Assembly: GCA_040753015.1 (NCBI GenBank) | Contig: JBFMHM010000006.1 | Coordinates: 20,467-84,466 of the forward strand | Direction: 5' to 3' | Source of the DNA: Candidatus Omnitrophota bacterium | GTDB taxonomy: Bacteria; Omnitrophota; Gorgyraeia; Gygaellales; JBFMHM01 | Length of the DNA: 64,000 nucleotides | Shown: in pieces, positions 32,392 through 42,054 of the stretch | How the letters are laid out: each line of letters starts with the position of its first letter | Position numbering within the stretch: position 1 is the stretch's first letter | Position numbers and translations under genes: made by a program | Notes under the pieces: model-generated | The model's input: only the letters and a program-made list of their open reading frames with translations | What the model was told of the DNA's origin: nothing | The model's database searches: none

Positions 32392-32790
32392 ATGGGTGAA
32401 TCATATAGTGATAAAGTAATGGAACATTTTACCAATCCGCGGAATGTCGGCGAGCTTGATAAGCCTGATTGTCAGGGGAAAGCTGGCAATCCTGTGTGTG
32501 GTGATGTGCTTCAACTTCAGTTGAAGATCGAGAATAATATCGTTGTAGATGCAAAATTTAAAACTCTTGGATGTGCTGCGGCAATTGCAACAAGTTCTAT
32601 GGTTACAGAAATGGTAAAAGGAAAAACTATAGAAGAGGCTATAAAGATTACAAATCAAGCAGTTACTGAAGCACTTGGCGGGCTTCCGGCTGTAAAAAGG
32701 CACTGTTCGGTTTTAGCAGAAGAGGCACTCCATTCCGCATTTGATGATTATTATAAAAAACAAGGCAAGCCAAATCCCTTCAAAAAATAA
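32392..32790 (+). CDS. iscU: Fe-S scaffold IscU/NifU-N
   Basis: HFTNPRNVG, NPVCGD, GCAAAIA, KRHCS. Confidence 0.93.
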   Translation: MGESYSDKVMEHFTNPRNVGELDKPDCQGKAGNPVCGDVLQLQLKIENNIVVDAKFKTLGCAAAIATSSMVTEMVKGKTIEEAIKITNQAVTEALGGLPAVKRHCSVLAEEALHSAFDDYYKKQGKPNPFKK

Positions 32791-32795
32791 TTTTT

Positions 32796-33788
32796 GTGAA
32801 AGAAAGAATCATTAATTTTCTTAAATCTTCGAATAACTATATTTCTGGGCAGGATTTAAGTGATAATTTGAAAATCAGCCGTGCTGCTATTTGGAAACAC
32901 ATCAATGAATTAAGGGAGGCGGGGTATGAAATTGAGGCTGTGCCGCATTTAGGCTATAAATTAACTTATATTCCAGATCGTCTCTTCCCCCACGAAATAT
33001 CTTATAACTTAAAAACGAAAATTATTGGTAAGAAAATTTATCATTTAGAAACAACATCTTCAACAATGGATGTTGCTCAAAAACTTGCTATTGATAATAG
33101 CCCATCTGGTACAATTGTTGTTGCTGAAACGCAAACAAGAGGCCGCGGCAGGCTAATGCGTTCTTGGAGTTCCCCAAAATATAAGGGGATATATGTTTCG
33201 ATGATTTTAAGGCCAAAAATTTCTCCGCAATGTGCACCACAGCTAACATTATTGACTGCTTTTTCGATTTACCAAGCAATAAAAAATATAACTGGGCTTG
33301 AAGCAAAGATTAAATGGCCAAATGATTTAATGTTAGAGCATTCCGCCAAAGGCGAGACCTCGCCACTTCGTGGCGGGAAAAAAATTTGTGGCATTTTAAC
33401 CCAGATGCAGGCAGAGCAAGATGAGTTTTATTTCGTAATTATAGGCATCGGACTAAATGTTAATTCTAAAAAAGATGAGTTACCGGATAATGCGGCTTCA
33501 TTAAAAGAATTCTTTAAAGAAGAAATATCTCGCATTGAATTATTAAAAGAGATGTTGAGATGTTTTGAGGCAAATTATTTAAAATTTTGTAAGAATGGTT
33601 TTTTAGACATTTTAGAAAAAGTAAAAGCCATTTCTTATACGCTCGGACGCAATATAAAATTAAAGCTGCACAATAAAATTGTTGAAGGAGAAGCCGTTGA
33701 TATTGATAAAGACACAGCCTTGATAATTCATAAACTACATGGCGGAATAGAAAAAATATTTACCGGAGATATATTAACTATTTGCTAA
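32796..33788 (+). CDS. birA: Bifunctional biotin ligase/repressor
   Basis: N-terminal HTH SRAAIWKHI, QTRGRGR, KWPND, KICGIL; extra ~11 aa insert from a palindromic element. Confidence 0.93.
   Translation: MKERIINFLKSSNNYISGQDLSDNLKISRAAIWKHINELREAGYEIEAVPHLGYKLTYIPDRLFPHEISYNLKTKIIGKKIYHLETTSSTMDVAQKLAIDNSPSGTIVVAETQTRGRGRLMRSWSSPKYKGIYVSMILRPKISPQCAPQLTLLTAFSIYQAIKNITGLEAKIKWPNDLMLEHSAKGETSPLRGGKKICGILTQMQAEQDEFYFVIIGIGLNVNSKKDELPDNAASLKEFFKEEISRIELLKEMLRCFEANYLKFCKNGFLDILEKVKAISYTLGRNIKLKLHNKIVEGEAVDIDKDTALIIHKLHGGIEKIFTGDILTIC
33341..33379. repeat. Palindromic element family A (double hairpin) in frame in birA
   Basis: TTCCGCCAAAGGCGAGACCTCGCCACTTCGTGGCGGGAA; nearly identical to 58171-58213. 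Confidence 0.85.
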
Positions 33789-33795
33789 ATATTAA

Positions 33796-33825
33796 TGTAA
33801 ACCAAAGATTTTGTTTTAATTGACA
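33796..33825 (+). promoter_or_regulatory. BirA operator upstream of bioB
   Basis: TGTAAAC-N16-ATTGACA fits the TGTtAAC-N15/16-GTTaACA consensus; right half overlaps TTGACA -35. Confidence 0.72.
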
Positions 33826-33853
33826 ATACCGCAAAAAAGCGGTATTTTTATTT
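33825..33853 (+). terminator. Intrinsic terminator-like hairpin between birA and bioB
   Basis: AATACCGC-AAAAAA-GCGGTATT followed by TTTATTT. Confidence 0.6.
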
Positions 33854-33863
33854 AGGTGGAAAA

Positions 33864-34841
33864 ATGAACAGTTATATTCAAAGATTAACAAAAGATGTTT
33901 TGGCTGGTAAGAATATTTTATTTAGTCAAGCAGAGCGATTGATTAATGCGCCTGACGATGATTTACTTTTGCTTTTAGACGGGGCAAATAAGATTCGTAA
34001 TAGATTTAGAGGGAATAAGATTAATCTTTGTTCAATTACAAATGCCAAAAGCGGAAAATGCAGCCAAGATTGTAAGTTTTGTAGTCAATCAAATTTCCAT
34101 AAGACGGATATTAAGACTTATTCCTTGATAAAATTAGATAAAATATTAGCACGCGCAAAAAAATATTACCAAGCAGGTTCGAATAGGTTTTGTATTGTAG
34201 TAAGCGGCAGGGCCTTAACTAAAAATGACTTTGAGACGGTTTGTCATGCAATTGTTCAAATAAAAAAGCGATGGCCAAATATGCGGCGCGATGCATCGTT
34301 AGGGGAGTTAACTTTTGAGATGGCAGAAAAATTAAAATTAGCAGGGTTGCAAAGATACAACCATAATTTAGAAACAGTCGAGGAGTTTTTTCCAAAGATT
34401 TGCACGACTCATAGTTTTGATGATCGTATTAAAACACTAGAAGTTTTAAGAAAAGTTGGTTTACAAATTTGCTCAGGCGGGATATTTGGGCTAGGAGAAA
34501 CAAAAAAGCAACGCGTAGAATTTGCTTATTTTTTAAAAGAACTTAATGTCGACTGTATGCCGCTTAATTTTTTGAACCCGGTTAAAGGGACAGCCTTTGA
34601 AAATAACAAGCCACTAAAGCCATTTGAAATCTTAAAAACAATTGCAATGTTTCGTTTTGTTAATCCAAAAAAGCAAATTCGTATTTGTGGCGGCAGGGAA
34701 AAGAATTTACGTTCCTTGCAATCATTAATATTTTTTTCTGGGTGTGACAGCATAATTTTTGGCGATTATCTAACAACAAAAGGCAATGCATTAAATGATG
34801 ATTTGCAGATGATAAAAGACTTAGGATTAAAAATTCGATAA
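33864..34841 (+). CDS. bioB: Biotin synthase
   Basis: KSGKCSQDCKFCSQS, YNHNLET, CSGGIFGLGE, YLTT. Confidence 0.95.
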   Translation: MNSYIQRLTKDVLAGKNILFSQAERLINAPDDDLLLLLDGANKIRNRFRGNKINLCSITNAKSGKCSQDCKFCSQSNFHKTDIKTYSLIKLDKILARAKKYYQAGSNRFCIVVSGRALTKNDFETVCHAIVQIKKRWPNMRRDASLGELTFEMAEKLKLAGLQRYNHNLETVEEFFPKICTTHSFDDRIKTLEVLRKVGLQICSGGIFGLGETKKQRVEFAYFLKELNVDCMPLNFLNPVKGTAFENNKPLKPFEILKTIAMFRFVNPKKQIRICGGREKNLRSLQSLIFFSGCDSIIFGDYLTTKGNALNDDLQMIKDLGLKIR

Positions 34842-34856
34842 TATTTTGCTTGTATT

Positions 34857-35975
34857 ATGAATAATTTAGATTTTATTGAAAATGAACTTACAGAGTTAAA
34901 GAATAATTTTCTTTTTCGAGAGCTTAAACTTGTTGGAGAGGATTTAATTAATTTTTCTTCAAATGATTATTTAGGATTATGTAGTGATGAGCGTTTAAAA
35001 CAATCGGCAATTGAAGCAATCAAAATTTATGGTGCAGGCACAGGAGCGTCGCGTTTAATTTCTGGTACGCAAATTTTACATCAAGAACTGGAAGAGAAAT
35101 TAGCTAAGTTTAAAGGTAAACCAACGCTAGTTTTTAATAGTGGTTATGCTGCAAATTTGGGGATTATCTCAAGTTTAGCCAATAGAGATACAATTATTTT
35201 TTCTGACAAGCTAAATCACGCCTCAATTGTTGATGGGATAATGTTAAGCCAGGTAGAATTTAAGCGTTATAAGCACAATGATATAAATGATCTTGAAGAG
35301 CAAGTAAAGAAATATAGCAATTATAAGAGAAAAATTATTGTTACTGATACAGTTTTCAGTATGGATGGTGATTTAGCCGATTTAAAATCAATTGTAAAAA
35401 TTGCAAAAAAATATGATTGTATAACGATACTTGATGAGGCGCATGCAACAGGAGTTTTTGGCAAAAAAGGTTCTGGGCTTTGTGAAGAGCTCAATTTAGA
35501 AGAAGAGGTTGATATTCAAATGGGTACTTTGAGTAAAGCAGCTGGTTCTTTTGGCGCTTATGTCTCAGCAAAAAAAGCAATTATTGATTATTTAGTTAAT
35601 AAATCACGAGCGTTTATTTATACGACTAGTTTACCATCTAGTATTTGTGCTGCAAGCATTAAGGCAATAGGAATAATTGAGAGCGATAATAGCTTGCGTA
35701 AAAAATTATGGGATAATGTTAATTATTTTAAAGAGAAGATCGCCAAACTTAAATTCAATATTGGTAATACTCAAAGCCCGATAATTCCTATAATTATTGG
35801 TGATGCCAACAAAACTTTAAATATAAGCAAGCAACTTTTTAAAAAAAGGCTATTTGTGCAGGCAATTCGCCCGCCGACTGTGCCAAAAAATTTAAGCCGA
35901 CTACGCATAGCTATCAGCGCAAGGCATAAAAAAGAAGATTTAAATTTATTGACGGAGGCATTATGCCGTATATAA
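34857..35975 (+). CDS. bioF: 8-amino-7-oxononanoate synthase
   Basis: FSSNDYLGL, DKLNHASI, FSMDGD, DEAHA, GTLSKA, IRPPTVP. Confidence 0.94.
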   Translation: MNNLDFIENELTELKNNFLFRELKLVGEDLINFSSNDYLGLCSDERLKQSAIEAIKIYGAGTGASRLISGTQILHQELEEKLAKFKGKPTLVFNSGYAANLGIISSLANRDTIIFSDKLNHASIVDGIMLSQVEFKRYKHNDINDLEEQVKKYSNYKRKIIVTDTVFSMDGDLADLKSIVKIAKKYDCITILDEAHATGVFGKKGSGLCEELNLEEEVDIQMGTLSKAAGSFGAYVSAKKAIIDYLVNKSRAFIYTTSLPSSICAASIKAIGIIESDNSLRKKLWDNVNYFKEKIAKLKFNIGNTQSPIIPIIIGDANKTLNISKQLFKKRLFVQAIRPPTVPKNLSRLRIAISARHKKEDLNLLTEALCRI

Positions 35976-36817
35976 CTGCAAAATCTGGTATTAGATGGCA
36001 CTATAAAACAAAAGGTCTAGGTGAAATTTTATTTTTTATTCACGGTTGGTCTAGTGATTGTGATGTTTGGCATAATCAACTAGATTATTTCTATAATCAT
36101 TACAAAGTTGTAATAATTGATTTGCCCGGGCACGGCAAGACACCTTGGAAAGATATCTCTTTTAATATAATGGTTAACGATTTAGTCCAGATTTTAAATC
36201 AATTTGAGCAAAAGATTAATATTGTCGGTACTTCTTTTGGCGGAGCAATTGCAATTAAGTTGGCTGGTAAGCTTGGCAATTCAGTGAAACGATTGATTCT
36301 TGTAGATACGAGTGCAAAATTTATGAGCGCACTTGATTTTATCGGGGCACTAGAAAAAAAAGAATTAAATGAGCTCAAATCTTTAATAAAACTATATTAT
36401 CCTAATGGGCTTCTAATATTTTATCGTAATTTATTCACTTCATTTGAAAAAAGACAGGTGAATTTTCCAAGTATCTGGCAAAAATTTAAACATCGAAAAA
36501 AGTTTCCGGAAAAGAAATCACTGTTAAAATTTCTTAATATAATCGATAACCTTGATTTAAGAGACGAGCTTTTAAAAATTAAAGCACGGACTTTGATTGT
36601 CGCAGGAAGTCTAGATTCGTTATTTAGAAAAACCTGTCATAATTATTTAGCAGATAATATTAAAAATTCAAAAATAGTCTTTTTAGAAAATTTAGGGCAC
36701 GTTCCTTTCTTAACTGATCCAAGTGCATTTAATCATGTATTAGATGAATTCCTGATGCCTAAGCAGGCCATTAATATTAATGATACTACTATTGAGGTAT
36801 CAAAAAAATTAGTATAA
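35963..36817 (+). CDS. bioH: Alpha/beta hydrolase, BioH-like pimeloyl-ACP methyl ester esterase
   Basis: IHGW, DLPGHG, GTSFGG, GHVPFL; lies between bioF and bioC. Confidence 0.8.
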   Translation: MPYITAKSGIRWHYKTKGLGEILFFIHGWSSDCDVWHNQLDYFYNHYKVVIIDLPGHGKTPWKDISFNIMVNDLVQILNQFEQKINIVGTSFGGAIAIKLAGKLGNSVKRLILVDTSAKFMSALDFIGALEKKELNELKSLIKLYYPNGLLIFYRNLFTSFEKRQVNFPSIWQKFKHRKKFPEKKSLLKFLNIIDNLDLRDELLKIKARTLIVAGSLDSLFRKTCHNYLADNIKNSKIVFLENLGHVPFLTDPSAFNHVLDEFLMPKQAININDTTIEVSKKLV

Positions 36818-36820
36818 AAG

Positions 36821-37570
36821 ATGAACGAATTAATCCTAAAGAGAAATTTTTCGAAAGTAGCTGCTTCTTACGATAATTTTGCTTATTTACAAAAAGAAAT
36901 TGGCCTAAATTTAATAAAAAAAATGGCTGCGTCTTGCAGGCCTTTTAAAATCCTTGATATTGGCACTGGTACAGGTTGGCTAACGGGGCAGCTAAAAACA
37001 AAATTTCCAAATGCAAAATTTTTCGGTATTGATTTTGCCGAAGGTATGATTGTTTATGCAAACAAAAAAAAACTAAAATGTAATTTTCTTGTTTCGGATG
37101 CTTTAGGTTTGCCGTTTAAAGATAGATATTTTGACATATTAATTTCTAATGCAACTTATCAGTTAGTAGATAATTATAAGCAGGCATTTAGTCAAGTAAG
37201 GCGGGTATTAAAAAAAAATGGCATATTTTATTTTAGTTGTTTTGGCAGTAAAACACTTGTTGAATTAAGGCAGGCGATTAACCAAGGAATTATTAATTTT
37301 AAGCTGCCACGAAAAGAAAATATTTTATCTGGGTTGTTGGATAGTGGTTTTAAAAATATTGATATCAAGATATACTCAAAAAAAGAATATTTTAAGAATG
37401 CATTTGATCTAGTGAAATGGCTTAAGGCTATTGGCGCAAATAATTTATCGAAGCCGCAATTTTTTACAAAACATATCTGGCAGGAAATAAATAAAAAATA
37501 TTTATCTAATTTTTCTGATAAAGAAAAAATCTTTGCCACCTTTGAAGTTTTCGAAGTTAAATGTTTATGA
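36821..37570 (+). CDS. bioC: Malonyl-ACP O-methyltransferase
   Basis: NFSKVAASYD..LQ, ILDIGTGTG, TLVELR, LKAIGA. Confidence 0.87.
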   Translation: MNELILKRNFSKVAASYDNFAYLQKEIGLNLIKKMAASCRPFKILDIGTGTGWLTGQLKTKFPNAKFFGIDFAEGMIVYANKKKLKCNFLVSDALGLPFKDRYFDILISNATYQLVDNYKQAFSQVRRVLKKNGIFYFSCFGSKTLVELRQAINQGIINFKLPRKENILSGLLDSGFKNIDIKIYSKKEYFKNAFDLVKWLKAIGANNLSKPQFFTKHIWQEINKKYLSNFSDKEKIFATFEVFEVKCL

Positions 37571-39483
37571 AAAAAGGGATATTCATAACGGCAACTGATA
37601 CGGAAGCTGGAAAAACAGTCGTTAGCCTGCTTTTAGCTAAGGCTTTAAGAGAAAAAGCCATCGATGTTGGCTATATGAAGCCAATTCAGTGCGCAGGTTT
37701 CGATGCTAGTTTTGTAAGAGAGGGATTAGGTTTAGATGATGCGTTATCATTAATAAATCCTTATTATTCAAAGATTGCTGCCGCGCCAATAATTGCTTTT
37801 AAAAATATAGATCTAGATAAAATTTTTAATGCTTTTAGAGAATTATCCAAAAAACATGAATTTATAATTGTTGAAGCTGCAGGAGGTTTGCTTACGCCGA
37901 TAAAGAAAAATTATTCTATGCTTAATTTAATTATGGATTTAGATTTAGATTGTTTGGTTGTTAGCCCCTTAAAATTGGGGACAATAAACCATACACTGCT
38001 TACTATTGAACAATTGAAGAATAGCGGAGTCAATATCTGTGGTGTGGTCATAAATCAAATTACTCCAAAAGTCAACACTAGGCTTGGTAATGAGAGAATT
38101 ATTAAAGAGTTTAGTAATTTGCCGATAGTAGGCAAAGTTGGTTATTTGCAAAAAAAAGTTTTTTTTGATACAAGCCGTATACTGAAAGCTAAGGCACAAA
38201 ATGATAAGCTGCCTTTTCTTGATAAAAAATATGTATGGCATCCATTTACTCAGATGCAAGATTGGTTAAAGCAAGATAATTTAATTATTGATGAAGCAAA
38301 AGGGAATTACTTAAAAGACATAAAGGGTAATTGGTATTTAGACGGCGTATCTAGCCTCTGGATAAATGTGCATGGGCATAGGCATAGAGAGATTAATCGC
38401 GCGATAGTAGAACAATTAAATAAATTAGAACATTCAACTTTGCTTGGTCTATCGAATACACCATCAATTGGATTAGCTAAGATGTTGATTGAGATTGCGC
38501 CAAGTAGTTTAAAGAAAGTTTTTTATTCTGATTCAGGTTCAACAGCAGTTGAAATTGCTTTAAAAATTGCTTATCAGTATTGGCAAAATAGAGGCCTAAA
38601 AAATAAACAAAAAATAATTCATTTTAGTAATTCTTATCATGGTGATACTCTAGGAGCAGTAAGCGTAGGGGGAATGGATTTATTTCATAAGATTTACCGC
38701 CCGCTTTTATTTAGTTCTCTTGAGGTATCTGCACCAATTCATATTACAGATTTAGCAAAACTTAAAAAAATAATAGAAAGAGAGCATAACTCTGTTGCTG
38801 CCTTAATTACTGAGTCTGGCATTGAAGCAGCAGCAGGAATGATTGTTTGGGAGAAGGGGATTTTAAAAGAAATTGAAAATTTGTGCAAGAAATATAAGAT
38901 TACTTTTATCATTGATGAAGTGGCAACTGGTTTTGGAAGAACTGGCAAAATGTTTGCCTGTGAACATGAAAGTGTTAAGCCAGATATTATGTGTGTTGCA
39001 AAAGGCTTAACAGCAGGTTATTTGCCGCTTGCAGCAACTTTGACAACAGATGATATATATAATGCATTTTTAGCAGACTATAAAGATCAAAAAACATTCT
39101 TTCATGGTCATACCTATACGGGAAATCCATTAGCTTGCGCTGCAGCAATTGCAAGCTTAAAAATTTTTAAGAAAGAAAATACTCTTTTAAAATTGCAGCC
39201 AAAGACGGCGTTGCTAAAAAAACGATTAGAAGAATTTTATAAATTGGAACACGTAAAAGATGTGCGGCAGTTTGGTTTTATGGTAGGGATTGAATTAGCG
39301 CCTTATAAATGGCAAGATAAGATAGGCGTTAAAGTTTGTGAAAAAATTAAAGAAAAAAATATTATTTTGCGGCCTCTAGGTAATGTAATAGTATTAATGC
39401 CGCCACTTTCAATTACAAAACAAGAATTGAATTATCTATTAGATTCAACTTATTGGGCAATAGAAACAATTACAGAAAAATGA
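37567..39483 (+). CDS. bioA: Fused dethiobiotin synthetase / DAPA aminotransferase (BioD-BioA)
   Basis: N-terminal TATDTEAGKT, MKPIQ, VEAAGGL, GTINHT; C-terminal WHPFTQM, SGSTAVE, DEVATGFGRTG, AKGLTAGYLP. Confidence 0.92.
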   Translation: MKKGIFITATDTEAGKTVVSLLLAKALREKAIDVGYMKPIQCAGFDASFVREGLGLDDALSLINPYYSKIAAAPIIAFKNIDLDKIFNAFRELSKKHEFIIVEAAGGLLTPIKKNYSMLNLIMDLDLDCLVVSPLKLGTINHTLLTIEQLKNSGVNICGVVINQITPKVNTRLGNERIIKEFSNLPIVGKVGYLQKKVFFDTSRILKAKAQNDKLPFLDKKYVWHPFTQMQDWLKQDNLIIDEAKGNYLKDIKGNWYLDGVSSLWINVHGHRHREINRAIVEQLNKLEHSTLLGLSNTPSIGLAKMLIEIAPSSLKKVFYSDSGSTAVEIALKIAYQYWQNRGLKNKQKIIHFSNSYHGDTLGAVSVGGMDLFHKIYRPLLFSSLEVSAPIHITDLAKLKKIIEREHNSVAALITESGIEAAAGMIVWEKGILKEIENLCKKYKITFIIDEVATGFGRTGKMFACEHESVKPDIMCVAKGLTAGYLPLAATLTTDDIYNAFLADYKDQKTFFHGHTYTGNPLACAAAIASLKIFKKENTLLKLQPKTALLKKRLEEFYKLEHVKDVRQFGFMVGIELAPYKWQDKIGVKVCEKIKEKNIILRPLGNVIVLMPPLSITKQELNYLLDSTYWAIETITEK

Positions 39484-40616
39484 AAAAGCGTGTTGTTATT
39501 GCGATGTCAGGTGGCGTAGATTCATCGGTTGCTGCTTATTTATTAAAGAAGCAGGGTTATGATGTCATTGGTGTTACAATGTGTTTTGGCTTAGATGTAG
39601 GCAGTAACAATTTAAAGAATAAACCTAGTTGTTGTGGTTTGTCAGGTATTAATGATGCTAAGAGAATTGCAGGGCAGTTAAATATTCCCCATTATGTAAT
39701 AAATTTTACTAAAGAATTTAAAAAATATATAGTTGATGATTTTGAAAAAGAGTATTTAAAAGGCAGAACACCTAATCCTTGCATTAGGTGTAATGAGTTT
39801 ATAAAATTTAATGCATTATTAGATAAAATTAAGCAATATGATGCAGATTTTTTGGCAACTGGACATTACGCCAGAATCGGCGAAATCAAAAATCAAAATG
39901 CAAAAATCAAAAATTATTTTTTAAAAAAAGCAAGAGATCACAAAAAAGACCAGACGTATTTTTTATATCGGTTAACGCAAGAACAATTAAAACATATTTT
40001 ATTCCCTTTAGGTAATTTAACTAAAGAAGAAGTAAGAATTATTGCCAGAGAGGCAAAACTTTCAGTTGCCGATAAGCCAGGTAGCCAAGAAATTTGTTTT
40101 TTATCTGGTACTAATTATAAAGATTATTTTAAAAATCATTTTGGTAAAAAAATTAAAGCAGGTTTAATGGTTGATGTAAAAGGTAATGTCTTAGGTCAAC
40201 ATAAAGGTTTGCCATATTATACAATTGGCCAAAGGCAGGGATTAGGAATAGCGCTTGGTAAACCAATGTATGTAATCAAAATAGATATTAAGAATAACAC
40301 TGTTGTTGTAGGAGATGATAAAGATAGATATTCTTATGGTTTAATCGCAAAAAATCCCATTTTTATCGGAGCGCAGAATGCGCGAAGATCCGCCAACGGG
40401 TTAGTGACGGATTATACTAAAAATAGCAAGCTTGTGTTATCGGCAAAGATAAGATATAATCAAAAAGAAGCAAAAGCTAAAATTACAAGTTTCTATAATA
40501 ATAAAATAAAAGTTTTGTTTGATAAGCCTCAGAATTCTATTACTCCGGGGCAAGCAGTGGTTTTTTATAAAAAAGATATAGTTTTAGGTGGAGCGATTAT
40601 AGAAAAAGTTGTATGA
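39480..40616 (+). CDS. mnmA: tRNA 2-thiouridine(34) synthase
   Basis: AMSGGVDS, TPNPCIRCN, ATGHY, KDQTYFL, YTIGQRQG, TPGQ; two repeat-derived inserts. Confidence 0.95.
   Translation: MKKRVVIAMSGGVDSSVAAYLLKKQGYDVIGVTMCFGLDVGSNNLKNKPSCCGLSGINDAKRIAGQLNIPHYVINFTKEFKKYIVDDFEKEYLKGRTPNPCIRCNEFIKFNALLDKIKQYDADFLATGHYARIGEIKNQNAKIKNYFLKKARDHKKDQTYFLYRLTQEQLKHILFPLGNLTKEEVRIIAREAKLSVADKPGSQEICFLSGTNYKDYFKNHFGKKIKAGLMVDVKGNVLGQHKGLPYYTIGQRQGLGIALGKPMYVIKIDIKNNTVVVGDDKDRYSYGLIAKNPIFIGAQNARRSANGLVTDYTKNSKLVLSAKIRYNQKEAKAKITSFYNNKIKVLFDKPQNSITPGQAVVFYKKDIVLGGAIIEKVV
39883..39915 (+). repeat. A-rich heptamer tandem repeat (AAATCAA)n inside mnmA
   Basis: AAATCAA AAATCAA AATGCAA AAATCAA AAATT. Confidence 0.75.
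40365..40413. repeat. Degenerate GC-rich double-hairpin element in frame in mnmA
   Basis: GCGCA-GAA-TGCGC plus ATCCGCCA...GTGACGGAT; encodes GAQNARRSANGLVTD. Confidence 0.6.
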
Positions 40617-41518
40617 AAAAAATAATAATAGAAATCCAAAAATTAAGAAAAGAACGTAATGCGGTAATTTTAGCACATAACTACCAAGCGCCAGAAATAC
40701 AAGATATTGCGGATTATTGCGGTGATTCGCTCGAGTTGAGTAGGATCGCAGCAAAGTCACAAGCGGGTATAATTGTTTTTTGCGGCGTACATTTTATGGC
40801 TGAAACTGCTTCGATTCTTTCTCCAGAAAAAACAGTAGTTGTCCCCGATATAAATGCGGGATGCCCTATGGCAAATATGATTACTAGACAGGATTTAATC
40901 GAACTTAAAAAACGCCATCCAAAAGCTGTAGTTGTAGGTTATGTAAATACATCGGCAGAGGTAAAATCAGAGTTAGATATTTGCTGTACTTCGACTAATG
41001 CAGTTAAGGTAGTGGAGTCTCTTAAAAATGCGCCAGAGATAATTTTTGTTCCAGATAAATACTTGGCTGATTATGTTTCAAAAAAAACCGGCCGTGTATT
41101 AATTTCTTGGGATGGTTATTGTCCAACACATGTAAAAATTTTACCAGAAGATATTATGAGGGAGATCCGCAGGCATCCGAAAGCAACAATTTTAGCCCAT
41201 CCTGAATGCCGGCCGGAAGTTATTGCATTAGCTGATGAAGCGCTTTCTACAGGCCAAATGTGCAAATATGTTAAAGAGACGAAATATAGGGAGTTTATTA
41301 TCGGCACAGAAGTTGGCCTTATCTATAGGCTTAAAAAAGATAACCCTACGAAGGAATTCTATCCGGCATCAGATAAGGCAATTTGTCCAAATATGAAACG
41401 CACTACTTTGGAAAAAGTATTATGGTCGCTCCAAGATCTTAAAGAAGAAGTTAAGGTGCCATATGATATTCAGGTAAAAGCCAAAAAGGCAATAGATAAA
41501 ATGCTTGAGATAATTTAG
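40613..41518 (+). CDS. nadA: Quinolinate synthase
   Basis: LAHNYQ, FCGVHFMAET, AGCPMA, YVNT, CTSTNA, HPEC, CPNMK. Confidence 0.95.
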   Translation: MKKIIIEIQKLRKERNAVILAHNYQAPEIQDIADYCGDSLELSRIAAKSQAGIIVFCGVHFMAETASILSPEKTVVVPDINAGCPMANMITRQDLIELKKRHPKAVVVGYVNTSAEVKSELDICCTSTNAVKVVESLKNAPEIIFVPDKYLADYVSKKTGRVLISWDGYCPTHVKILPEDIMREIRRHPKATILAHPECRPEVIALADEALSTGQMCKYVKETKYREFIIGTEVGLIYRLKKDNPTKEFYPASDKAICPNMKRTTLEKVLWSLQDLKEEVKVPYDIQVKAKKAIDKMLEII

Positions 41519-41531
41519 GGGAGGTTAGGAG

Positions 41532-42023
41532 ATGGATGAGATTTTAGAGGTATTAGAAAAAGATGCACGTAGGTGTCCAGAAGATATAGCGCGGCTTACA
41601 AAACGCAGTACGGATTCAGTTAAAAAAGCAATAAAGAAATTTGAAAAAGACGGTGTGATTCTTGGTTATAAAACGATAATAAATAAAGATGCTTTAGACA
41701 AGGATGATAAGGAAAAAGAAGTTTTAGCGTTAATTGAGGTGAATATTATGCCTCAAAAAGATTTAGGATTTGACCATGTAGCAGAACGTATTTATTCATT
41801 TAGCGAAGTAAAGTCTTGTTATCTTATTTCAGGGACTTATGATTTACTTGTGATTGTGCAAGGGAAAGACTTGCATACAGTTGCAAAATTTGTCGCTGAG
41901 AAGCTATCCCCCCTTGAACATGTGAGAGGCACAGCGACCCATTTTCTATTAAAAAAATATAAAGAAGACGATATAATTCTAAAACATAAAGGAGAGAATA
42001 AAAGAATTGCAATATCATACTAA
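41532..42023 (+). CDS. Lrp/AsnC family regulator
   Basis: ILEVLEKDAR HTH, YLISGTYDL, ATHFLLKKYK; paired with an aminotransferase as in B. subtilis yugG-yugH. Confidence 0.9.
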   Translation: MDEILEVLEKDARRCPEDIARLTKRSTDSVKKAIKKFEKDGVILGYKTIINKDALDKDDKEKEVLALIEVNIMPQKDLGFDHVAERIYSFSEVKSCYLISGTYDLLVIVQGKDLHTVAKFVAEKLSPLEHVRGTATHFLLKKYKEDDIILKHKGENKRIAISY

Positions 42024-42051
42024 GCGAAAAACGTAAAGCGAAAAATGTAAA
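42022..42051 (+). repeat. Heptamer-based 14-bp tandem repeat (intergenic)
   Basis: AAGCGAA AAACGTA AAGCGAA AAATGTA. Confidence 0.6.
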
Positions 42052-42054
42052 ATT

